Source: Hyphomicrobiales bacterium
Lineage (GTDB): Bacteria > Pseudomonadota > Alphaproteobacteria > Rhizobiales > Beijerinckiaceae
DNA length: 64,000 nt
Direction: 5' to 3'
Assembly (NCBI GenBank): GCA_025351165.1
Contig: JANXWK010000031.1
Coordinates: 3,198 to 67,197, forward strand
The stretch's first letter is position 1, and every line of letters starts with the position of its first letter. Shown in pieces: positions 53,003-60,586 of the stretch. A program made the position numbers and the translations under genes. The notes beneath the pieces are model-generated. The model was not told the DNA's origin. It saw only the letters and a list, made by a program, of their open reading frames with translations, and searched no databases.

Positions 53003-53889
53003 GTTGAGGTCGCCATATTTTTTTCAGTCGCCATGTTTTTTTCAGTCGCCATATTTTTTTCAGTCGCTTGGAGAAAACAAATGGCCTCGGGAATTGCTTG
53101 ATGTGCACGTGGGCTTTCACGGGAAAGCTCTACACAGATCAACTTTTGAAATTCTATGGTGTTTAAAGCAGCAAGCACACCTGGCACGTCCATATCGCCT
53201 TCGCCAAACGGAAGATGCACATGAATGCCGCGCTTCATGTCTTCAATTGAAATGGTTCCAATTTGATCGGCATAATGAATAATGGCCTCTGCAGGTTCCA
53301 TATCCTGCGTTACAAGACAATGACCGAGGTCAAGTGCTAATTGAAGCGATGGATTAAGGCTCTTCAATCGTGCATACTCGCTCAATTTTTCGACAAGCAT
53401 TCCTGGTTCAGGCTCAAGGCTGATGGAAACACCACGTGTTTTACCATAAACACAAACCTTTGCTATGCCCTCTTCCAGCCAGCGCCATGCCTCATGCTGG
53501 TCAACATTGGCTTGGGGAATTCCTGCCCAGAATGATACTGTTTCCGAGTGAAGAATTGCTGCTATATCAATGGCACGTTCTAAAAATTCGATTCGGCGCG
53601 CGCGCCCATCAGGGTCTGGGTTAAGCAAAGTTGGTTCATGCTTATGCCGAAAATCAAGCAGGTAGCGGGCTCCAGTCTCAATAACGTTGCCAAGGCCCAG
53701 ATTTTTTAACCTGACTGCTAACTGGTTAGCCTGTGTCTCCCAATTAGGCGCAAATGGATCAAGGTGATGATGATCAAGCGTTAGGGCAATACCATCATAC
53801 CCTGCCTCAGCAATCAGATTAACTGCATCTTCAAGACGATGGTTTGATGCGCCATTGGTGTTATAGGCAAAACGTAGCTTAGTTCCCAT
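52999..53889 (-). CDS. xylose-isomerase-like TIM-barrel protein (sugar phosphate isomerase/epimerase, inosose dehydratase-like family)
   Basis: KLRFAYNTNGASNHRLEDAVNLIAEAGYDGIALTLDHHHLDPF...SLEPEPGM...LDLGH...HLPFGEGD is the AP_endonuc_2-type metal-binding pattern. The start is ambiguous among ATGs at 53889, 53898, 53904 and 53922. The C-terminus carries (TEKNMA)x3. Confidence 0.72.
   Translation of the reverse strand: MGTKLRFAYNTNGASNHRLEDAVNLIAEAGYDGIALTLDHHHLDPFAPNWETQANQLAVRLKNLGLGNVIETGARYLLDFRHKHEPTLLNPDPDGRARRIEFLERAIDIAAILHSETVSFWAGIPQANVDQHEAWRWLEEGIAKVCVYGKTRGVSISLEPEPGMLVEKLSEYARLKSLNPSLQLALDLGHCLVTQDMEPAEAIIHYADQIGTISIEDMKRGIHVHLPFGEGDMDVPGVLAALNTIEFQKLICVELSRESPRAHQAIPEAICFLQATEKNMATEKNMATEKNMATST
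53011..53064. repeat. 18-bp x3 tandem repeat at the TIM-barrel 3' end, just upstream of the GT4 start codon
   Basis: cgccatatttttttcagt / cgccatgtttttttcagt / cgccatatttttttcagt at 53011-53028, 53029-53046 and 53047-53064. It encodes TEKNMA x3 on the minus strand. Confidence 0.95.
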
Positions 53890-55444
53890 GACTGGCATTC
53901 CCATGACTGGCCAATCTGTCATCTGACATGGATGCTCCCGACTGCGCCTGCGCAACATGATGGGCTTCAGGCTCCCGATAAAGTGGGTAGAGAGGGCCAA
54001 CGATTTTGTCAGCCATGGCAACATCAAAAAAAGGCTGTCCGCCAAGTCTTTCTATGGCATCGTTGGTTAATCGGACAGGTTGCATGGTAGAACCAGATTC
54101 AACTTGAAAGCGAATAAGATCTGAGCCTGATTCCATCAACTTACGGGTGTTACGCTCCCCAATGCAATAATAGCTCATTGTTTCAACCTCAAGCTTTGGA
54201 ACAATTGTCTTTGCCACAGCAATTGACCGATCTGTTGGTGAAAGATCAACATACAGTAAATCAAATCCTTGCTCTTCTACCTGGTCCCGTGTGATCTGAC
54301 CACGCTGGCGGGCATCTTCCACTTTAGTATTTGGCATGGACGACATCTGTCTTGATCCTTTTGCACTGAGTACAGTTTCTGACAGCCAATTCTCGAGTGT
54401 TGCGGCATCACGCGTCGTCCAGTCGCTCATGGCATTGAAAGCACGTATGTCTGCTGACTTTGAAGCATTGCCAGCCTGTGCCATGAACCTTTGAATATAG
54501 CCTTTGGGCGCAACACGTTCTACAAGCTCATTTGGCCCATGGGCGAATGCTTTACGAACACGTGATGCAGCAAATTCACACATTGCTTTTTCAAGTGCGC
54601 TGTTGCGATCTGGGTGGCAGCCCTCCCCACAGGCAGTAACCATGATGGGTGTTGCAGGGGAAAAACCGTCAATCATGCGCCCGACGCAGTAGACATTGGG
54701 AATACCAAACTGGTCACTGGCAAATTTTGGCAGTATTTCAATGCCAGCCTGTTCAAACCGTTTTTTTAGCCCAAAAAGCACGGGTGCATCAGTATCCATA
54801 TCTATCAAAGTCCCTTTATCAAGGGCTCTGAATGTTAGACCATTGCCATCCCGCTGAAGAAGTTCACATAGTCCATGGCCAACGGCCCATTCAATATCAG
54901 GACCAGCCCCCATTCCGTTGGTGATAACTGGTGTAAAAGGCTTGTAATAAGGAGAAAAAGCCATTGAATTATCGGTGGCAACCTCAATTGGCACCAATAC
55001 AGTTGCACCGTCGCGCTGACGTTTGGCTTCTACCCAATCCATTAGGGTGGTGTCATTGACAGGTGCCCCTGCTGGCAAACAGAGTGTCAATGGGTTGACC
55101 GCAGAACCAACCCCATGCGCTTGAACAAGATCAGAATAACTGGCATTGATTTTGCGAATATTACGTAACGACAGTGTCGGCCACAGCATTTCAGCTGCTT
55201 CGCCAATACTGCCCAGAATAGCCGCTTCATCGGTTAATCCATAGCCTACACCATAAGGCATAAGTCCATGCAAGGATGGATCATGGGGGAAAAAGGCAAC
55301 AGTCCAAACAGGAATGCCAATGGTATCAAGCTCTGTTAAAGGAAATGCAACAATATCGCCAGGCGGCATTGCGTCAATATACTGACATACGGCAGGGCCT
55401 ATTTCACGAAGGGCTTTAGCATCAAGGGCGGTTGGATTGTTCAT
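53879..55444 (-). CDS. YcaO-domain protein (ATP-dependent amide-activating enzyme family), stand-alone
   Basis: 521 aa. GVGYGLTDEAAILGSIGEAAEM and TNGMGAGPDIEWAVGHGLCELLQRDGN match the two conserved YcaO core blocks (G.G.....A..SA.GE..ER and SNG.A.G...EA...ALLE..ERD). The C-terminal part is proline-containing (GPLYPLYREPE). Confidence 0.72.
   Translation of the reverse strand: MNNPTALDAKALREIGPAVCQYIDAMPPGDIVAFPLTELDTIGIPVWTVAFFPHDPSLHGLMPYGVGYGLTDEAAILGSIGEAAEMLWPTLSLRNIRKINASYSDLVQAHGVGSAVNPLTLCLPAGAPVNDTTLMDWVEAKRQRDGATVLVPIEVATDNSMAFSPYYKPFTPVITNGMGAGPDIEWAVGHGLCELLQRDGNGLTFRALDKGTLIDMDTDAPVLFGLKKRFEQAGIEILPKFASDQFGIPNVYCVGRMIDGFSPATPIMVTACGEGCHPDRNSALEKAMCEFAASRVRKAFAHGPNELVERVAPKGYIQRFMAQAGNASKSADIRAFNAMSDWTTRDAATLENWLSETVLSAKGSRQMSSMPNTKVEDARQRGQITRDQVEEQGFDLLYVDLSPTDRSIAVAKTIVPKLEVETMSYYCIGERNTRKLMESGSDLIRFQVESGSTMQPVRLTNDAIERLGGQPFFDVAMADKIVGPLYPLYREPEAHHVAQAQSGASMSDDRLASHGNASHGN
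53883..53912. repeat. 15-bp x2 tandem duplication in the YcaO 3' end / TIM-barrel 5' end overlap
   Basis: ttcccatgactggca / ttcccatgactggcc. It gives SHGNASHGN at the YcaO C-terminus and duplicates PVMG, with its ATG, at the TIM-barrel N-terminus. Confidence 0.9.
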
Positions 55445-56259
55445 AATGGGATCCGCTTTACGGCAGGGGGGCGTGCAAGGGCTTCGTCAAGAACACTAAG
55501 CGCTACATCGCGGTTGACTTCGGGCGCATATTCAAATGGGGTACATAAACTGTTAAACGGAAGCTCGGCGATAACAGCACGATACTTGCGTAGCTCGCCA
55601 TGTGTGAGTGGAATATTTTTATGAAACGCCTTATGCGTTGAAATTGCATGCGAGACCTCTCGCTCATCTTGGTCAACCTTGAACATGTCACCGCAGAACA
55701 GTCTATGTGCATGTGCATCATGCAATGCCGCCTGGCCAGCGTAATGTCCCCCAACATGGTGCAGGGTATAGCCAGGTGCAAGTTCCAGTACATCATCAAA
55801 CGGAGTGGTGACATTCATGGCCTTTGTCATGACCAGATCATCCTTGTGAATGGCCAGAAGCTCAGGCTTGCAATCACGCTGGAGCTGGAACAGCGCACCA
55901 TAACCATGCGCATGACTCGCGGCAAGAAAACGAATACCACCCAGGACATGAATTTGCTCAAGCATTTGCGGAGTATAATAAGGTGCAGCCTCAAAGGCGA
56001 TGTTGCCACCCTCACGTATAATGAGCCAGCCTATCCCCGCAAGTCCTAGATTTGGATGGGTTTTAAATCCCCATAAATCAGGTGCATATTGTTTCCAGCT
56101 TCCCGTATGCGTTGCCGCAATCTCTGTTTCTGGTTGAAAATCCCAGCCATTTTCAGGCAGGTCGTTGCGTGCATCAGCACACACGGGACAGAGCGGAGGA
56201 GCTGCAAAATAAACCTGCCAGAAACCGCAATTGGTACACGCCCAAGGGCTTAAAGACAT
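55441..56259 (-). CDS. MBL-fold protein with an N-terminal Cys4 zinc ribbon
   Basis: CTNCGFWQVYFAAPPLCPVC is a CxxC...CxxC ribbon. The MBL-like blocks are LAASHAHGYG (HxH present, Asp-His absent), HHVGGH and FCGD. 272 aa. It has an ATGA overlap with YcaO. Confidence 0.55.
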   Translation of the reverse strand: MSLSPWACTNCGFWQVYFAAPPLCPVCADARNDLPENGWDFQPETEIAATHTGSWKQYAPDLWGFKTHPNLGLAGIGWLIIREGGNIAFEAAPYYTPQMLEQIHVLGGIRFLAASHAHGYGALFQLQRDCKPELLAIHKDDLVMTKAMNVTTPFDDVLELAPGYTLHHVGGHYAGQAALHDAHAHRLFCGDMFKVDQDEREVSHAISTHKAFHKNIPLTHGELRKYRAVIAELPFNSLCTPFEYAPEVNRDVALSVLDEALARPPAVKRIPL

Positions 56260-57260
56260 AACCGTGCCTCCTGATATGCGGCATCAAACATGCGCGCTAA
56301 AATAATGTCACGGCTCGCGCAAAACTCATGGGGCGCACCTCTGACTGCCTCGCTAAACGCCTGCGCCTGCGCTGTGAATGGTGAAATTGTTGTATTAAAC
56401 GGAATGACTGATATTTTTCCTGTCTTCCCGCATTGCTGATTCAAAATACCGCCTGGCGTTTGACCCATTGTGTCTAATGCTGTGAGCATCCCTGTTTCGC
56501 CTACAACCTCAAGTCGACGGCGGGGCAGGGATTCAGCATAATTATACGCTACATGCTGTGAAACCAGTATACCATTGACACTACGCCCAATCAGCATACC
56601 ACCATCATCCACTGGATAGTTATGTATACGTCGCTGAAGTTTGATTGAAAGCTGTGCAAGTGGCTCATCAAGGAGCATTTGTGCTAGATCCAGGCCATGC
56701 AAGGCTAAATCAATAACCGCTCCTCCGCCAGCCTTTGCAGGATCTGCACGCCAGTTAGTTGTTTGAGATTCGTCTGCTGACCATGCAGGATCAACCCAGC
56801 ACGCATAAACAATACGTATGGCTGTAGGGGTACCGATACTGCCCTGCTGAATCAGTTCCCGCATTTTTTTATGGGCTGGATGATGACGCTGGTCAAATGC
56901 AGTGCCATAAATTACTGATTTGGCGAGAACAGCTGCGTACATTGCTTCGGCGTCTTTAAGGGTCGCTGCCATAGGCTTCTCACATAATATTGGAATGCCC
57001 TTCCCTGCAGCCAGGATGACTGCCTCTGCATGACAGTTATTTGGTGTGGCCACATAAACGGCATCAAGATGAGCATTGCAAAGCAGCTCTTTGGCAGTAT
57101 CATAACAGGTAAAACCATTGGTGTGTGCTATTTTACAAACCTCTGGAGAAGGGTCAGCTACAGCAACCACGCGTCCACCAGCAGCTATGATTGCAGGTAT
57201 CATAAAATCTCGCGCCACCCAGCCATAACCGATAATTCCCCAACCAAGACCCATTACCAA
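56250..57260 (-). CDS. Gfo/Idh/MocA-family NAD(P)-dependent oxidoreductase (inositol/sugar dehydrogenase-like)
   Basis: GWGIIGYGWVARDFMIPAI...VVAVADP is a Rossmann fold. It also has the ILCEKPMA (EKP) motif and a C-terminal alpha/beta domain. Confidence 0.85.
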   Translation of the reverse strand: MVMGLGWGIIGYGWVARDFMIPAIIAAGGRVVAVADPSPEVCKIAHTNGFTCYDTAKELLCNAHLDAVYVATPNNCHAEAVILAAGKGIPILCEKPMAATLKDAEAMYAAVLAKSVIYGTAFDQRHHPAHKKMRELIQQGSIGTPTAIRIVYACWVDPAWSADESQTTNWRADPAKAGGGAVIDLALHGLDLAQMLLDEPLAQLSIKLQRRIHNYPVDDGGMLIGRSVNGILVSQHVAYNYAESLPRRRLEVVGETGMLTALDTMGQTPGGILNQQCGKTGKISVIPFNTTISPFTAQAQAFSEAVRGAPHEFCASRDIILARMFDAAYQEARLCL

Positions 57261-58441
57261 CGCTCCGGAAGGTCAACCAGTTCACGGCAGGCGGTAGCAG
57301 CTTCATATTGGGACGCCATCAAAACCTTGTCAGGCACGCCTTTTGCGCATTGCCATGACACGCAAGGCCCATACTCTTGTGCATACCGTGGGCTAGGCCA
57401 GGAAATACTGTCATTATTGCATAGAGGATTACGATGAAGCATTGTTCCATATGTTGGCCGAGACAATGGACCATAGGCACAACCAGGCATTAATGCCGTT
57501 TGATCTGGCAAATTACTGTATAAAAGCGACAGTGCCGCAACAGTCTCCAGTTCTCTGCCAGCTACAGGTACGCGTCTTTGCGATCCGGCAAGAGTTAATT
57601 CGGCATCATCATAGACAGCTGCGCCTGGAAACAGAGGCAGTAAATCTTTCAGCCCAATTGAGGCTGCACCTGAAAGATTGTCGGCAGCGGCGTTGTGCAC
57701 ATGCGCAACTGCAACAATACCTTTAGCAGCAGCTATACGAAGAGCCGCTGCGACTGCTGCTTTATCATGAAAGAAATAAAAAGAATCATGACACACCGCA
57801 AGATCAACACATAATTCTATTGGCCAAGGCTGCTCCGCATCAAAGCAAACTAGCATTGGACGGGACCCAACAACCCAATTTCGTGCAATCCATAATTTAG
57901 AAAATACTAAATCCGCGCCGATAGTCTTAACTCCAACACGGTCAAGTTCGCGTAGATAGTGCCCAATACCACAGGCAAGTTCAAATGCGGTATCTGGTTC
58001 ATGCCAATGTGCATCCATTAGTGCAAGGCCTGCAACAAAGGTAGGATCGCTCCAGCGATGTGCAAAATATGTGCCCACTCGTCCATAGCCGAGCAGGTTC
58101 ATCGCCTCACGCAGATTAAGCTGATGTCTGTTGTTCAGCAAGGAATGAAGGTCAGAGTCAGGGGGTGCAGGCTCATCCCACCAATCATCGTTTTCGGATA
58201 ATAAAAGGCGCAAAGCTGCGGGTTCATCGCCTAAATCAATTGCCTTGAGTGCCTCAGTGGCCCGCTCACGTGATTTGGCACGAAGATAAGGGATGTTCTC
58301 TATGACAGGCCACCGTTCGCCAGCTCCGTCTGTCAAGCAGGATGCGCTTTCAAATGTCAAAGCTCGTCCACTGCACGGAGACCGCCAGCCAGCAATTAAA
58401 GGATATTCCTTAACCTGCGGGCTTGGACGGATCTGGCTCAT
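57254..58441 (-). CDS. class I SAM-dependent methyltransferase with a Trm112-like N-terminal segment
   Basis: Motif I is AFELACGIGHYLRELD and the post-I acidic residue is in IGADL. The N-terminal C..RALTFESASCLTDGAGERWPVIENIPYL resembles a Trm112/zinc-ribbon-like module. 395 aa. Confidence 0.65.
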   Translation of the reverse strand: MSQIRPSPQVKEYPLIAGWRSPCSGRALTFESASCLTDGAGERWPVIENIPYLRAKSRERATEALKAIDLGDEPAALRLLLSENDDWWDEPAPPDSDLHSLLNNRHQLNLREAMNLLGYGRVGTYFAHRWSDPTFVAGLALMDAHWHEPDTAFELACGIGHYLRELDRVGVKTIGADLVFSKLWIARNWVVGSRPMLVCFDAEQPWPIELCVDLAVCHDSFYFFHDKAAVAAALRIAAAKGIVAVAHVHNAAADNLSGAASIGLKDLLPLFPGAAVYDDAELTLAGSQRRVPVAGRELETVAALSLLYSNLPDQTALMPGCAYGPLSRPTYGTMLHRNPLCNNDSISWPSPRYAQEYGPCVSWQCAKGVPDKVLMASQYEAATACRELVDLPERW

Positions 58442-59412
58442 GCTAAACCTGCCTGAAACAACACTGTATCATGGAAAGCTTTTACAGGGCCAGCATGAAC
58501 AAGCTCGTATTCATTGAGAACTGCATTCATGGTCAAACCTGCACCCTTCAGATGATGCTTTATTTCAATGACACGGTCGAGCACATCGGCTGCATGAAAC
58601 GCACGTGCTAAGGGGGTATGATCAGATGTTATTTCAGCCAGTAATGGCCTGATCTGATTGGTAAGGGCATGAGGCAATGTGGACATTGCAGCTTCCCTTG
58701 CAGCATTGATGACAGTGTCAAGCACATCACCCAGCAGCATTTCGCCTGTAAATCCACTATCTGGCATAGTCGCGCTGTGAAAATGATGACACATGCCCGC
58801 AAGAAAGACGTTTGCTGGTTCTGCACCGTAAAGCGGGGCAATCAACGCACTTGCAACAGCAACCACAAGGCAATGCTCGGCATGGTTTTCTTCTGGCTGA
58901 AGCATGATACGCGCACGATCAGGACAGGTAATACCTGCACGGGGTTGACGTGCAAGCTGTTTACAAAAATTTGGTGCAACACTATCAATCTGAGTATCAG
59001 CATCAAGCGTGCAGCGAAGCTTTACAGCCAACGCAGAATCTACCGGTGCTGATACAGCGTCAAATGACCTTTTTAAGATTTCACAAGCTTTTGCCTCATC
59101 CAAACCTAGACTGGTGAGCACTGCACGATCAAGATCGCCAAGTCGGCAAGCTGCGAGCGCGCGGGCACAGATTATTTGCATTACCATTTCTATGGACACG
59201 CCTGCAACAAGGTGCTTCCAGCCATCAAAAAACAACCTGGTCGCAATCGATCCAGTGCGATCTGCAGATACAATTCGCTTGAGATCGGATAATTCTCCTA
59301 TCAATGGAACGAAAGAAGCCAACGGAGCAAAAGACATGGCTTCGTCATTTTTTGCTAATGTCGGCATCGCAATGTCTGCAATCGCATGCATGTTTTCAAG
59401 GCTAGTTTGCAT
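58438..59412 (-). CDS. HD-superfamily-like protein (YfbR-like C-terminal half, HD dyad replaced by HH)
   Basis: EENHAEHCLVVAVA...GMCHHFHSATMPDSG...FHAADVLDRVIE aligns by eye to the YfbR-type blocks ENVSEHSLQVA...YHDASEVLTGD...KQADALCAYL. The N-terminal 160 aa or so are unassigned. Confidence 0.45.
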   Translation of the reverse strand: MQTSLENMHAIADIAMPTLAKNDEAMSFAPLASFVPLIGELSDLKRIVSADRTGSIATRLFFDGWKHLVAGVSIEMVMQIICARALAACRLGDLDRAVLTSLGLDEAKACEILKRSFDAVSAPVDSALAVKLRCTLDADTQIDSVAPNFCKQLARQPRAGITCPDRARIMLQPEENHAEHCLVVAVASALIAPLYGAEPANVFLAGMCHHFHSATMPDSGFTGEMLLGDVLDTVINAAREAAMSTLPHALTNQIRPLLAEITSDHTPLARAFHAADVLDRVIEIKHHLKGAGLTMNAVLNEYELVHAGPVKAFHDTVLFQAGLA

Positions 59413-60586
59413 TACGCAGCCATGTGTCCAAAATCATCTGCTGTTCACCAAAAGCATGCACAGGTTTGCGATTAGACCCTGTTTGAGGTGCCTTGAAATA
59501 AACACCAAGTTGATCCTGAATGCCGCCTTCGCCGCGCTGAAGGGCAAGATCCAGAACACGGGCTATCTCAATCACAAGTGGGGCAGCAAGAATGGAATCC
59601 TTGCACAGAAAATTAAGTTTAAGTTGCATACGCTGCCCAAGAAAGCCTGATATATCAATATTGTCCCACGCTTCCTTGTCGTCTCCACGTGGACGGTAGT
59701 AATGAATATGTACAATATGGTCTTCAACAGGGTAGCCAAGCATTTCATCAAGCACTTTTGTTTTTGTGCCAATTTTTGAAGCTAGCGATTTTGGATCATG
59801 CAAGGCTTTGCCATCGCTGTTTCCAAGAATATTTGTTGAAAACCACCCGTCCACATGAAGCGCGCGCGCTTTAAGTGCGGGCGCAATAACTGTTTTTAAC
59901 AATGTCTGTCCGGTCTTGCCATCCTTGCCTGCTATGGGAACATTGCGCTCCTGTGCCATTGTCGCAAGTGGCAGGATATCAGCAGCAACACTTGGTGTAA
60001 AATTGGCATAAGGCACGCCGCTCAAAATAGCAGCATAGGCATAAAGCATTGCAGGGCTGATTTCAGGATCATCTGCATCCAGTCCACGTTCGAACTGGGG
60101 TAATGACGCAAAACTGGAGCTGGCAAGATCAGGCAAACGCTCAGTTGATGCAAGGTTGATCATTACAAGGCGGTTGACACTTTGAGTTTTACGAATACCT
60201 GCAAGGTCTGAACAAATTGTCTCAATGGCATTACGATGCGATAAAGCCGCTACCTTGTGCGCGCCATCAATATTGGCACAAAAATCAACGCTGCCCACAG
60301 CAGGCCTTGGACGCATGGTGCGAAGCGCTGACGCACCGTTTGAAAGTTCAGCCTCGCCAATAACCCCGTGGCGCAATGCTGCAGAACCCAGATCATCCCC
60401 GCAAAGATCCCAGCCTGAAAATACCATATCACGGTAATCGACAATTCCATCTGCTTTGCATTCTGCAAGCGGAAGACCATCAAGCCCATTTGAGCCTGAC
60501 TTAAGCATCTCAATACCTGCAATTGCAGTTGTCGCTACAGCGCCACCCATACCAATAAAGGCAACACCCAGTTTTTCAGTTAACAT
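59402..60586 (-). CDS. ino1: myo-inositol-1-phosphate (inositol-3-phosphate) synthase
   Basis: GVAFIGMGGAVATT is the NAD-binding N-terminus, and NILGNSDGKAL is the MIPS GN(N/S)DG block. The size fits bacterial/archaeal MIPS. ATG at 60586 has an aaaggaaa RBS 7-8 nt upstream. The track start, TTG at 60619, is less likely. Confidence 0.82.
   Translation of the reverse strand: MLTEKLGVAFIGMGGAVATTAIAGIEMLKSGSNGLDGLPLAECKADGIVDYRDMVFSGWDLCGDDLGSAALRHGVIGEAELSNGASALRTMRPRPAVGSVDFCANIDGAHKVAALSHRNAIETICSDLAGIRKTQSVNRLVMINLASTERLPDLASSSFASLPQFERGLDADDPEISPAMLYAYAAILSGVPYANFTPSVAADILPLATMAQERNVPIAGKDGKTGQTLLKTVIAPALKARALHVDGWFSTNILGNSDGKALHDPKSLASKIGTKTKVLDEMLGYPVEDHIVHIHYYRPRGDDKEAWDNIDISGFLGQRMQLKLNFLCKDSILAAPLVIEIARVLDLALQRGEGGIQDQLGVYFKAPQTGSNRKPVHAFGEQQMILDTWLRNAN

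Noticed and set aside
53011-53064. The possibility that the short repeats (here and at 8543, 49101, 62495 and elsewhere) form a CRISPR array.
   Set aside because: The units are directly adjacent with no spacers, there are only 2-3 copies, they are 8-18 bp long, and no cas genes are present. They are simple tandem duplications.
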